Source: a virus (taxonomy: Duplodnaviria; Heunggongvirae; Uroviricota; Caudoviricetes). From it: a stretch of DNA of 46,570 bases. Numbering within the stretch: the stretch's first letter is position 1; every line of letters begins with the position of its first letter. The stretch lies in IMG/VR virus record IMGVR_UViG_2537562223_000006, one strand, 5' to 3'. Position numbers and translations under genes: made by a program. The notes beneath the pieces are model-generated. The model was not told the DNA's origin and did not search any database. It saw only the letters and a list, made by a program, of their open reading frames with translations. This document shows positions 9,784 through 17,870 of the stretch, piece by piece.

Positions 9784-10473
9784 TTAACCATGCTTCCTGT
9801 ACGTCTGCGGCATGCTTCCAATGACCTTACCGAATATGAACACCCGGTTCATCTCGTCTTTCCCGATCGGGTCCCACGGCGAGTAGCTCTTGTTATCAGA
9901 GATAACCAGCAGCTTATCCTTCATCATTTGAAGACGTTTTACATGGGCAGTGTCGTCGTACAGAAACGCATAGATGCCATCACCGTCGAAAGATTTAACA
10001 GTGATATCAACGAACAGCAGGTCACCTGGTTCGATCGTCCCTGACATGCTGTCACCTCGCACGTTAATGATGCGGATATTTTCCGCCTTCCTGCCATCGA
10101 ACATGTGACGAGCATCGTCAAACGAGTACTCAACCGAGCGTAGAACTTCTACAAACTCACGGTTGATTACACCTGGCCCGGCACTGACTTCTATATCAAG
10201 AACGTCAATTTTGAAGTATTTGGAATGGCTGACAGTTGATTGTATTGGTTGCACTGTACTGTCTGACATATTTCCAACGCCAGAAGATAACCATTCTGCG
10301 CGCACACCCAAAGCGTTCGCGATCTCCACGATTTTAGTTGTTTGGTTAGCTTTCCCTGTTTCGATTTTCTGAATAGCAGCCTGGCTAACCCCGACCAAAT
10401 CCCCAAGCGCCTTTTGTGTAAGGCCTCGCGCTAATCTGGCTTCTTTAAGTCTTTCTGAGAGTGTTGTTTTCAT
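9784..10473 (-). CDS. cI: CI-type prophage repressor (N-terminal XRE HTH + C-terminal S24 LexA-like autopeptidase domain)
   Basis: 229 aa; HTH (LTQKALGDLVGVSQAAIQKIETGK); peptidase motifs GDSM and KR; divergent from cro across an operator/promoter region; leaderless-type start. Confidence 0.9.
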   Translation of the reverse strand: MKTTLSERLKEARLARGLTQKALGDLVGVSQAAIQKIETGKANQTTKIVEIANALGVRAEWLSSGVGNMSDSTVQPIQSTVSHSKYFKIDVLDIEVSAGPGVINREFVEVLRSVEYSFDDARHMFDGRKAENIRIINVRGDSMSGTIEPGDLLFVDITVKSFDGDGIYAFLYDDTAHVKRLQMMKDKLLVISDNKSYSPWDPIGKDEMNRVFIFGKVIGSMPQTYRKHG

Positions 10474-10577
10474 AGATCAAATGTACAACCAAGGTTTTAT
10501 TTCATCAAACGAAAATGGTTGTTGACTAAAAACAACCATAGTTTTAATCTTGATTCGGATTAACCACGGAGGTTGTT
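10474..10577. promoter_or_regulatory. OR region: PR (-35 TTGACT 10522-10527, -10 TAATCT 10545-10550), candidate PRM on reverse strand (-35 10503-10508, -10 10480-10485), operator palindrome ATGGTTGTTgactaaaAACAACCAT (10515-10539)
   Basis: Perfect 9-bp-arm inverted repeat overlapping the -35; 17-bp spacers; GGAGG RBS before cro ATG; near-leaderless cI start on the reverse strand. Confidence 0.65.
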
Positions 10578-10808
10578 ATGAACCCAGCAATCAAAACAGC
10601 GATCAATATCGTTGGTTCACAAAAGAAACTAGGCGATGCCTGCGAAGTTTCACAGCAGGCCGTCTATAAGTGGCTTCACAACAAAGCAAAGGTATCCCCT
10701 GAACATGTCGGCAGCATTGTTACGGCTACTGGTGGAGTTGTGAAGGCATACCAGATTCGCCCGGATCTTCCGAAGTTGTTTCCACACACCGAAAAGAACG
10801 CAGCTTAA
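10578..10808 (+). CDS. cro: Cro-like HTH repressor (YdaS/DUF1019-type)
   Basis: 76 aa; HTH (LGDACEVSQQAVYKWLH); divergent from cI across the operators. Confidence 0.8.
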   Translation: MNPAIKTAINIVGSQKKLGDACEVSQQAVYKWLHNKAKVSPEHVGSIVTATGGVVKAYQIRPDLPKLFPHTEKNAA

Positions 10809-10820
10809 ATTTCCATTTCA

Positions 10821-10834
10821 CGCTCTTTAACAAT
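10821..10834 (+). promoter_or_regulatory. boxA-like element (CGCTCTTTAACAAT) downstream of cro; possible nutR-type antitermination site
   Basis: Matches the rrn/lambda boxA consensus (GCTCTTTAACAA) by recall; no obvious boxB hairpin follows. Confidence 0.4.
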
Positions 10835-10877
10835 AAGCAATCAACTTAACAGTCAATTCAAACTAAAGGAGTCAATT

Positions 10878-11417
10878 ATGCAACCACTTACATACCAACA
10901 GACTAGCGGATTTATTCCGACTGCGGTGATAAATCGTTCTCAAACAAAACAAGCTCCAGGCCACGAAAAAATCCGTGATGCCGTCCGCGCCTGGTCGGCT
11001 GTAGATAATCAGGATGTCGTTGCCGCACTCATTGTGAATGAGTATCGGGAGCAGGGCGACGGCATCATCGATTTCCCTGATGATGTCAGCCGTGCACGCC
11101 AGAAGCTGTTCCGCTTCCTCGATAACAAATTCGATTCTGAAAAATACCGAAATAACGTGCGTGAACTGACCCCGGCAATTCTGGCGGTACTACCGCTGGA
11201 ATATCGCGGTTACCTGGTTGAGCAGGATAGCTTCATGACTCGGTTGGCTGAAATGGAAAAGGAACTCAGTGAGGCAAAACAGGCTGTCATTCTCAACGCA
11301 CCACGCCACCAGAAACTGAAGGAAATGAGTGAAGGTATTGTGTCGATGTTTCGTGTGGACCCGGATCTGGCTGGTCCATTAATGGCGATGGTGACCACCA
11401 TGCTGGGGGCAATATGA
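10878..11417 (+). CDS. Regulatory protein in the cII position (YdaT/CII-like family suspected)
   Basis: 179 aa; AGGAG RBS; motif LTPAILAVLPLEYRGYL resembles YdaT-like proteins by recall; sits between cro and O. Confidence 0.5.
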   Translation: MQPLTYQQTSGFIPTAVINRSQTKQAPGHEKIRDAVRAWSAVDNQDVVAALIVNEYREQGDGIIDFPDDVSRARQKLFRFLDNKFDSEKYRNNVRELTPAILAVLPLEYRGYLVEQDSFMTRLAEMEKELSEAKQAVILNAPRHQKLKEMSEGIVSMFRVDPDLAGPLMAMVTTMLGAI

Positions 11418-11503
11418 CAGGTTCAGAAATGGCGAAAGTCGGTCTGCGGGAACAGAACCGACTTTCAGGTGCAAATCGTAACACACTCATTGCGGGAGGA
11501 ATT

Positions 11504-12433
11504 ATGGCAAACACTGCTGAGATATTCAATTTTCCAGTGCCGGATGCGGCACAAAAGGAGCCGCGCGTGGCAGATCTCGATGATGGTTATACGCGCATTG
11601 CAAATGAGTTGCTGGAAGCTGTGATGCTGGCCGGATTAACACAGCACCAGCTTCTGGTCTTCCTGGCTGTCATGCGCAAAACATATGGCTTTAATAAAAA
11701 ACTGGATTGGGTGAGCAACGAGCAACTTTCCGAGTTGACCGGGATATTGCCGCACAAGTGTTCTGCTGCAAAAAGTGTTCTGGTAAAGCGTGGGATTTTT
11801 ATTCAGAGCGGGCGGAATATCGGCATTAATAATGTGGTCAGTGAATGGTCAACATTACCCGAATCAGGTAAGAAAAATAAAGTTTACCTGAAAGAGGTAA
11901 ATTTACCTGAATCAGGTAAGAAAAGTTTACCCAAATCAGGTAAAGGCACTTACCCGAATCAGGTAAACACAAAAGACAAACTAACAAAAGACAATATAAA
12001 ACCTTATTCGTCCGAGAATTCTGGCGAATACTCTGACCAGCCAGAAAACGACCTTCCTGTGGTGAAACCGGATGCTGCGATTCAGAGCGGCAGCAAGTGG
12101 GGGACAGCAGAAGACCTGACCGCCGCAGAGTGGATGTTTGACATGGTGAAGACCATCGCGCCATCAGCCAGAAAACCGAATTTTGCAGGGTGGGCCAACG
12201 ACATCCGCCTGATGCGTGAGCGTGACGGGCGTAACCATCGCGACATGTGCGTTCTGTTCCGCTGGGCCTGCCAGGACAACTTTTGGTCTGGTAACGTGCT
12301 GAGCCCGGCCAAACTTCGCGACAAATGGACCCAACTCGAAATCAACCGTAACAAACAACAGGCTGGCGTGACAGCCGGAAAACCAAAACTCGACCTGACA
12401 AACACAGACTGGATTTACGGGGTGGATCTATGA
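11504..12433 (+). CDS. O: Replication initiator O (lambda O family)
   Basis: Start MANTAEIFNFPVPDAAQKEPRVADLDDGYTRIANELLEAV.. parallels lambda O; internal ori iterons; GGAGG-like RBS; 4-nt overlap with P. Confidence 0.9.
   Translation: MANTAEIFNFPVPDAAQKEPRVADLDDGYTRIANELLEAVMLAGLTQHQLLVFLAVMRKTYGFNKKLDWVSNEQLSELTGILPHKCSAAKSVLVKRGIFIQSGRNIGINNVVSEWSTLPESGKKNKVYLKEVNLPESGKKSLPKSGKGTYPNQVNTKDKLTKDNIKPYSSENSGEYSDQPENDLPVVKPDAAIQSGSKWGTAEDLTAAEWMFDMVKTIAPSARKPNFAGWANDIRLMRERDGRNHRDMCVLFRWACQDNFWSGNVLSPAKLRDKWTQLEINRNKQQAGVTAGKPKLDLTNTDWIYGVDL
11860..11970 (+). repeat. ori iterons: five ~18-bp direct repeats (TTACCCGAATCAGGTAAG type) inside O, followed by an AT-rich tract
   Basis: ttacccgaatcaggtaag / ttacctgaaagaggtaaa / ttacctgaatcaggtaag / ttacccaaatcaggtaaa / ttacccgaatcaggtaaa, then acaaaagacaaactaacaaaagacaatataaaa. 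Confidence 0.85.
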
Positions 12434-13116
12434 AAAACATCGCCGCACAGATGATTAACTTTGACCGTGAGCAGATGCGTCGGATCGCCAACAACATGCC
12501 GGAACAGTACGACGAAAAGCCGCAGGTACAGCAGGTAGCGCAGATCATCAACGGTGTATTCAGCCAGTTGCTGGCAACTTTCCCTGCGAGCCTCGCGAAC
12601 CGTGACCAGAACGAGCTGAACGAAATCCGCCGTCAGTGGGTTATGGCTTTCCGTGAAAATGGAATTACCACTATGGAGCAGGTTAACGCCGGAATGCGCG
12701 TGGCCCGCCGACAGGAGCGACCATTCCTGCCGTCGCCCGGCCAGTTCGTAGCGTGGTGTAAGCAGAGTGGCGGGGCGTTAGGTATCACTGTTGACCAAGT
12801 CATAACCGAATACTGGGATTGGCGTAATCGTTCCTTCGAATTCACTTCCAGCGAGCATTTCCCGTGGTCACAGCCTGTCATGTACCACATCTGCGTCGAA
12901 CTGCGCCACCGTAGCATTGAGCGCCAGTTAACGCATGGCGAGCTGGCATGCGAGGCTGGTGACCTGCTGGACATGTGGGAGAAGCGCGTCAGTGAGGGCA
13001 AACCAATCCCTCCGGTCAGAAAACAAATCTCGGCTCCGCGCCACGTGCCCGGGCCGACTCCCGCTCAGCTTTTGCTTGAGCAATACAAAGCGCGTAAAGC
13101 AGTCGGATTTATTTAA
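12430..13116 (+). CDS. P: Replication protein P (helicase loader), lambda P family with divergent C-terminal half
   Basis: 228 aa; N-terminal ~110 aa recalled as near-identical to lambda P (MKNIAAQMINFDREQMRRIANNMPEQYDEKPQVQQVAQIINGVFSQLLATF..). Confidence 0.9.
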   Translation: MKNIAAQMINFDREQMRRIANNMPEQYDEKPQVQQVAQIINGVFSQLLATFPASLANRDQNELNEIRRQWVMAFRENGITTMEQVNAGMRVARRQERPFLPSPGQFVAWCKQSGGALGITVDQVITEYWDWRNRSFEFTSSEHFPWSQPVMYHICVELRHRSIERQLTHGELACEAGDLLDMWEKRVSEGKPIPPVRKQISAPRHVPGPTPAQLLLEQYKARKAVGFI

Positions 13117-13118
13117 CC

Positions 13119-13703
13119 ATGAACAAGAAATACACGTTGATCTAAGCGGATCCGCCCTGGACGTACGAGGATAAATGCAATTCTGGTAAGCGTGGCACCG
13201 GGCATAAATACTTGGTTATGACGGTGCAGGATATCTGCTGGCTGCCAGTAAGGGAGCGGGTTGCAGAAAGCTGCCAGCTGGCGATGTGGTGGTTGCCAAC
13301 TCAACCGTTCGAGGCGATGAAAGTCGTCGATGCCTGGGGATTTCGCCTGATCACAATGAAAGGTTTCACTTGGGATAAAACCTACCCGAAGCAAACTGAC
13401 AAATCGGCGATGGGAATGGGACACCTGATCCGGGCGAACCGTGAAGATTGTCTTTTCGCGGTAAAGGGTAAGCGGGCACCACAGCAGGACGCCTCGATCA
13501 TCCAGCACTTCACCTCGCCGCGACATGAGCACTCACGTAAACCAGACTGCGTGCGTGAAATGCTGGTTCGGTTGCTGGGTAATCTTCCACGTATTGAGCT
13601 CTTTGCGCGTAAATCCTCCCACGGTTTCGACGTATGGGGAAACAAGTGTGATTCGCCAACCGTATCATTAAGCCCGGCCCGAGTTACTGATGTTTATTCT
13701 TAA
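13119..13703 (+). pseudogene. MT-A70-like N6-adenine DNA methyltransferase with in-frame TAA at codon 9 (13143-13145), just before the DPPW catalytic motif
   Basis: Frame reads MNKKYTLI*ADPPWTYEDKCNSGKRGTGHKYLVMTVQDICWLPV..; ATG 13119 is coupled to the P stop; the track ORF 13212-13703 is the remainder, starting after DPPW. Confidence 0.6.
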
Positions 13704-13914
13704 AAGAATTAACTGAAAAGAGGAAGGTTTGATGAGTTTTTTTACGTGAATTAACACGTAAGACTGCTGGTTATTAAACCATCACATTAGATATCTAAAA
13801 ATTGTGATCGGTATCTCCCTACTATAAAAAATAGTAGTTGAATATACGGTCTATACTTGAAATAAATAAAAGTATTCTTATTTTTTAGATGCTGTGTTGT
13901 GAAAAGGAATTTTT

Positions 13915-14946
13915 ATGTCCTCGAATATTTTACCTGATGAAAAAGTAATCAATAAAATTGCTGAAAAGTTGAGCGATTATAAATATCCTCCGGCTGAAGG
14001 TATGAACTCTGAACATGTCAGCAAATGGATTAAGCAATTTGCAGTGGAGGATAGACGATTTATCTTAGATGAAACGCTTTATCTACTTAATGCAGGTTAC
14101 CTGTCCGAAAGTCAATATCAACGAAAAATAAAAGCCATTGCAAGAAGTGAAAAGAACGCGAAATTGTTCAGATATGCAGGTTTTTTAGATATTCAAAAAA
14201 AAGGTTCTAGTCAGAAGGAATTGCTTAAATCTCTTTATGAAACAGTAGGGATCAAATTTAACATCGTTACTGAATCATCAACTCAAGATGAAGTAAATAA
14301 ATTTGATACATTTGTATATATTGATGATGTGTCGTTTTCAGGAGAAAAGGCCATCAAATCGATAAGTAATTTTGTTATAAAATTTAATTTAAGAGATATT
14401 AAAGTCAATGTATATTTTTTTTCATCTCATACGTTATCTGACTATAATATAAAAAGACGATTAGAATATATTTTTAAGGATAGAAATATTTTTGTACACG
14501 TGAAGAATGGTGGTATGCGTGAGGTTGAAAACCGAAAAAGTCGTTCTGCTCAATCAGGTGTTTTCTGGCCAAGGAAATATAGTGTAGATACTCCCGAGAA
14601 ATTCGAGGAGTGTGAGCTTTACAAAGGCGTATTCAGAGATGGATATGCCTCTTCTGATAGTTTTAGAAATGAAGCCTCAAGGGATCGTTTCGAATCTATC
14701 CTTACTAAAGTCGGCTTTAATATCTTGCTGCACAGGAAAACCCCTAGTGAGGTGCTCAAACCTCTAGGTTTTTCTACTTTTGACGGTTTGGGTTTTGGGG
14801 GAACAACATTTACTTATCGAAATTGCCCGAATAATGTGCCGCTGGCTTTTTGGTGGGGAGATTATGAACCAACAGGTGCTCCCGCATTGGACTGCTGGTA
14901 TCCACTAATGAAGCGGAATGGGTATAATGAGTGGTATGAGCTATAG
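13915..14946 (+). CDS. Hypothetical 343-aa protein with a possible phosphoribosyltransferase-like PRPP-binding motif (FVYIDDVSFSGEKA); AT-rich moron, gene 1 of a two-gene cassette
   Basis: Long ORF in low-GC DNA; AGGA RBS; motif is a partial match to the hhhhDD..(S/T)G.(S/T) PRTase signature; C-terminal half unassigned. Confidence 0.55.
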   Translation: MSSNILPDEKVINKIAEKLSDYKYPPAEGMNSEHVSKWIKQFAVEDRRFILDETLYLLNAGYLSESQYQRKIKAIARSEKNAKLFRYAGFLDIQKKGSSQKELLKSLYETVGIKFNIVTESSTQDEVNKFDTFVYIDDVSFSGEKAIKSISNFVIKFNLRDIKVNVYFFSSHTLSDYNIKRRLEYIFKDRNIFVHVKNGGMREVENRKSRSAQSGVFWPRKYSVDTPEKFEECELYKGVFRDGYASSDSFRNEASRDRFESILTKVGFNILLHRKTPSEVLKPLGFSTFDGLGFGGTTFTYRNCPNNVPLAFWWGDYEPTGAPALDCWYPLMKRNGYNEWYEL

Positions 14947-15547
14947 ATTATATCCGCTACAGAACACAGTTTCCTTCAGGAAAACCACCGAAAAATGGGG
15001 GGGGCTTTCCAACATGGCTAAAGGGTATCCATTGTTAATCAATGGGTTGCCTATTCAATCAAGTGAAATCCTTTACCAAGCATGCCGATATCCAGACTAT
15101 CCGGATATACAAAAGGCCATCATTACTCAAGGAAACCCCTATGAAGCCAAGCAGACCGCAAGATCGTTTGAATCCAAAACTCGCGCAGGATGGGATAAGA
15201 ATCGAGTTTCGATTATGAAGTGGTGTGTATGCGTAAAATTATGCCAGAACTGGGATACGTTCTTTGCGCTGTTAGACAGTACAGGCGACCATTTCATCGT
15301 GGAACACTCAGAGAAGGACCAATTCTGGGGTGCCAGTAAAGACCCAGAAGGTAACTATTATGGTATGAACGTATTAGGGCGAATTCTCATGGACGTGAGA
15401 GGGGTTGCTAGGAAAAAGGGGGCTGATGGGTTTGCAACAATACCATCGCTATCTTTGGACAAATTTTTTCTCCTAGGCGAGAGAATTAAAGATGTAACAT
15501 TTGTAGAGCCAACGCCTGGAGCAGGGCAAAGTTTATCCTTGTTTTAG
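14927..15547 (+). CDS. NADAR-family protein (YbiA-like, DUF1768; N-glycosidase / ADP-ribose-processing fold), gene 2 of the cassette
   Basis: GGLSNMAKGYPLLINGLPIQSSEILYQACRY and IVEHSEKDQFWGASKDPEGNYYGMNVLGRILMDVR parallel the recalled E. coli YbiA motifs; start overlaps the upstream gene stop. Confidence 0.75.
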   Translation: MSGMSYRLYPLQNTVSFRKTTEKWGGLSNMAKGYPLLINGLPIQSSEILYQACRYPDYPDIQKAIITQGNPYEAKQTARSFESKTRAGWDKNRVSIMKWCVCVKLCQNWDTFFALLDSTGDHFIVEHSEKDQFWGASKDPEGNYYGMNVLGRILMDVRGVARKKGADGFATIPSLSLDKFFLLGERIKDVTFVEPTPGAGQSLSLF

Positions 15548-15807
15548 CGTTCCATCTGGGGCATTTTCTTCCATAAATTAACTGGCGTACCTCCCTCGGC
15601 GTTTTTTTGTTGCCATAAAAGGTTTTTGATTTTCTATAATCAACCAGCCATAATCATGTCACCGGAGCCTGAACAACTCCGGTGACTTCTGCGCTAAACG
15701 GGGACGTTTATGCGCACATACAATCTAAACTCTCTTCTCCCGCCACAGATGCAGAAATGCACCTGCGATTTTTTGCATCCAGCGTTTGACCTCTGCGGAG
15801 GTGAAGC

Positions 15808-16263
15808 GTGAACCTCCCACAAGACGGCATCAAACTTCATCGCGGTAACTTCACCGCTATCGGTCGGCAGATCCAGCCTTATCTGGAGGAGGGCAAATGC
15901 TTTCGCATGGTGCTTAAACCGTGGCGTGAGAAACGCAGTCTTTCCCAGAATGCACTCAGCCACATGTGGTACAGCGAAATCAGTGAATACCTCATCAGCA
16001 GGGGTAAAACGTTCGCCACTCCAGCTTGGGTAAAAGATGCTCTCAAACACACATATCTCGGTTATGAAACCAAAGACCTGGTTGATGTCGTAACCGGTGA
16101 GATCACCACTATTCAGTCGTTACGCCATACCTCCGATCTTGATACCGGAGAGATGTATATCTTCCTGTGTAAGGTTGAAGCCTGGGCGGTGAATATTGGC
16201 TGCCACCTGACTATTCCGCAGAGCTGCGAGTTCCAGCTGCTCCGCGACAAGCAGGAGGCGTAA
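15808..16263 (+). CDS. ninB: NinB-family recombination protein (Orf-like)
   Basis: 151 aa, GTG start after GGAGG; ..[17 protein letters not shown].. parallels lambda NinB ..RSLDQNRKLWACLGDVS.. Confidence 0.8.
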   Translation: MNLPQDGIKLHRGNFTAIGRQIQPYLEEGKCFRMVLKPWREKRSLSQNALSHMWYSEISEYLISRGKTFATPAWVKDALKHTYLGYETKDLVDVVTGEITTIQSLRHTSDLDTGEMYIFLCKVEAWAVNIGCHLTIPQSCEFQLLRDKQEA

Positions 16264-16433
16264 TGGCTACACCGCTTATTCGTGTCATGAACGGACACAT
16301 CTACAAAGTACCAAATCGTCGTAAGCGTAAACCTGAGCTGAAGCCATCCGAAATACCAACACTGCTCGGATATACCGCCAGCCTGGTTGATAAAAAATGG
16401 TTGCGACTGGCAGCAAGGAGGAATCATGGCTGA
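16263..16433 (+). CDS. ninE: NinE-like small protein (56 aa)
   Basis: [56 protein letters not shown]; basic; ATG overlaps ninB stop; below the ORF-track size cutoff. Confidence 0.55.
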   Translation: MATPLIRVMNGHIYKVPNRRKRKPELKPSEIPTLLGYTASLVDKKWLRLAARRNHG

Positions 16434-16716
16434 TTTGAGAAAAGCAGCGCGTGGTCGGGAATGCCAGGTAAGAATCCCTGGCGTATGTAATGGCAATTCT
16501 GATACGTCTGTACTGGCACATATCCGGCTGGCTGGATTGTGCGGCACCGGTATCAAACCGCCAGACCTGATTGCCACCATTGCATGTTCTGCCTGTCACG
16601 ACGAAATCGACCGCCGCACACATTTTGTCGATGCTGAGTATGCAAAAGAATGCGCGCTGGAAGGTATGGCGAGAACGCAGGTTATCTGGCTGAAAGAGGG
16701 GGTAATCAAGGCGTGA
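16426..16716 (+). CDS. ybcO: DUF1364-family protein (YbcO-like, Cys-rich)
   Basis: [53 protein letters not shown]..; recalled as DLP12 YbcO. Confidence 0.8.
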   Translation: MADLRKAARGRECQVRIPGVCNGNSDTSVLAHIRLAGLCGTGIKPPDLIATIACSACHDEIDRRTHFVDAEYAKECALEGMARTQVIWLKEGVIKA

Positions 16717-17075
16717 ATACTTACTACATCACACTACCCTGGCCGCCGAGCAATAACCGCTACTACCGCCATAATCGCGGGCGCACGCACATCAGCGCAG
16801 AGGGGCAGGTATACCGCGATAACGTCGCCCGAATCATCAAAGGCTCCATGCTGGATATCGGCCTGGCTATGCCAGTGAAAATCCGTATTGAGTGCCACAT
16901 GCCGGATCGCCGTCGCCGTGACCTGGATAATCTGCAAAAAGCCGCTTTTGACGCACTCACCAAGGCAGGTTTCTGGCTGGATGATGCTCAGGTCGTTGAT
17001 TATCGCGTTGTGAAGATGCCCGTTACCAAAGGTGGGAAGCTGGAGCTGACCATCACTGAACTGGGAGATGAATGA
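16713..17075 (+). CDS. rusA: RusA Holliday-junction resolvase
   Basis: GTG start overlapping ybcO stop; [72 protein letters not shown]; recalled as E. coli RusA. Confidence 0.93.
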   Translation: MNTYYITLPWPPSNNRYYRHNRGRTHISAEGQVYRDNVARIIKGSMLDIGLAMPVKIRIECHMPDRRRRDLDNLQKAAFDALTKAGFWLDDAQVVDYRVVKMPVTKGGKLELTITELGDE

Positions 17076-17212
17076 TGTTTGAGTCTTATATGGCAGAACT
17101 TCTTCGCCACCGTTGGATGCGCCTGCGCTTATATCGTTTCCCCGGTTCTGTTTTGACCGATTACCGAATACTGAAGAATTACGCCAAAACCCTGACAGGA
17201 GCAGGAGTATGA
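17072..17212 (+). CDS. ylcG: Small ORF, ylcG-like (46 aa)
   Basis: [46 protein letters not shown]; ATG overlaps rusA stop; the same rusA - small ORF - Q order as recalled for DLP12. Confidence 0.45.
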   Translation: MMFESYMAELLRHRWMRLRLYRFPGSVLTDYRILKNYAKTLTGAGV

Positions 17213-17297
17213 AGTCAGAGATAACAATCAACTAATACTGTTTTGTTGATTTTTGCTTGTAATTGGCGTTCTGGTCTGATTTTTGTGGAGTAAGTTG

Positions 17298-17681
17298 ATG
17301 CGTGATATTCAGATGGTTCTTGAGCGTTGGGGAGCGTGGGCGGCTAATAATCATGAAGATGTGACCTGGTCGTCCATTGCCGCCGGTTTTAAGGGATTAA
17401 TTACTTCAAAAGTAAAATCTCGCCCGCAATGTTGTGACGATGACGCGATGATCATTTGCGGGTGCATGGCCCGTCTGAAAAAGAACAACAGCGATTTGCA
17501 CGATTTATTAGTAGATTATTATGTAGTCGGTATGACATTCATGTCACTGGCAGGTAAGCATTGCTGCTCTGATGGTTATATCGGGAAAAGGTTACAGAAG
17601 GCTGAGGGCATAATTGAAGGGATGTTAATGGCATTAGATATCCGGTTAGAGATGGATATCGTTGTTAATAACTCTAATTAA
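17298..17681 (+). CDS. Q: Late-gene antiterminator Q, small Q21/QuuD-type
   Basis: 127 aa from [33 protein letters not shown]..; Cys-rich ([12 protein letters not shown]); last gene before the late regulatory region. Confidence 0.8.
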   Translation: MRDIQMVLERWGAWAANNHEDVTWSSIAAGFKGLITSKVKSRPQCCDDDAMIICGCMARLKKNNSDLHDLLVDYYVVGMTFMSLAGKHCCSDGYIGKRLQKAEGIIEGMLMALDIRLEMDIVVNNSN

Positions 17682-17699
17682 TATGCCAATTGTTTACTA

Positions 17700-17860
17700 A
17701 AAATTATTAAAAATGGGGCGTTGAGACGCCCCCAAAAATAAAGGGTAATATATAACAGAAGGTTTATATAGTTAGAAGCAAGGTTGTGCTTCTAAAGGAA
17801 GTGGCTTGAGGGAGCCACTTATATGTTGGGGAGGCAACGCCTCCCGCAACATATCTTTTT
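17700..17860 (+). promoter_or_regulatory. Late regulatory region downstream of Q: candidate PR' (TTGAGA .. TAATAT, 19-bp spacer), several hairpins, and a strong terminator (17821-17860), putative tR'
   Basis: Hairpins GGGGCGTtgagACGCCCC, GAAGCAaggttgTGCTTC, GTGGCTtgaggAGCCAC, then ATATGTTGGGGAGGCaacgCCTCCCGCAACATAT + CTTTTT. Confidence 0.5.
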
Positions 17861-17870
17861 CGTAATCAGA

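Noticed and set aside
11860-11970. Direct repeats with regular ~21-bp spacing that could superficially resemble a CRISPR array
   Set aside because: The repeats are only ~18 bp, lie inside the O reading frame and are followed by an AT-rich tract; this is the lambda-type ori iteron arrangement. No cas genes are present.
12633-13645. Reverse-strand ORFs overlapping P and the methyltransferase (12633-13001, 13113-13532, 13382-13645)
   Set aside because: Antisense to conserved replication and methyltransferase frames; low-complexity Arg/Ser-rich translations.
15610-15686. Candidate promoter (TTGCCA, 19-bp spacer, TATAAT at 15635-15640) and a 10-bp-stem hairpin (15658-15686) between the NADAR gene and ninB
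   Set aside because: The 19-bp spacer is suboptimal and the hairpin is not followed by a T-run, so I cannot support a promoter or terminator call from sequence alone; worth checking with transcript data.
15694-16623. Reverse-strand ORFs (15694-16050, 16113-16580, 16285-16623) across ninB/ninE/ybcO
   Set aside because: They overlap plus-strand genes with clear homologues (NinB, DUF1364, RusA) and coupled starts; Cys/Trp/Arg-rich translations typical of antisense frames.
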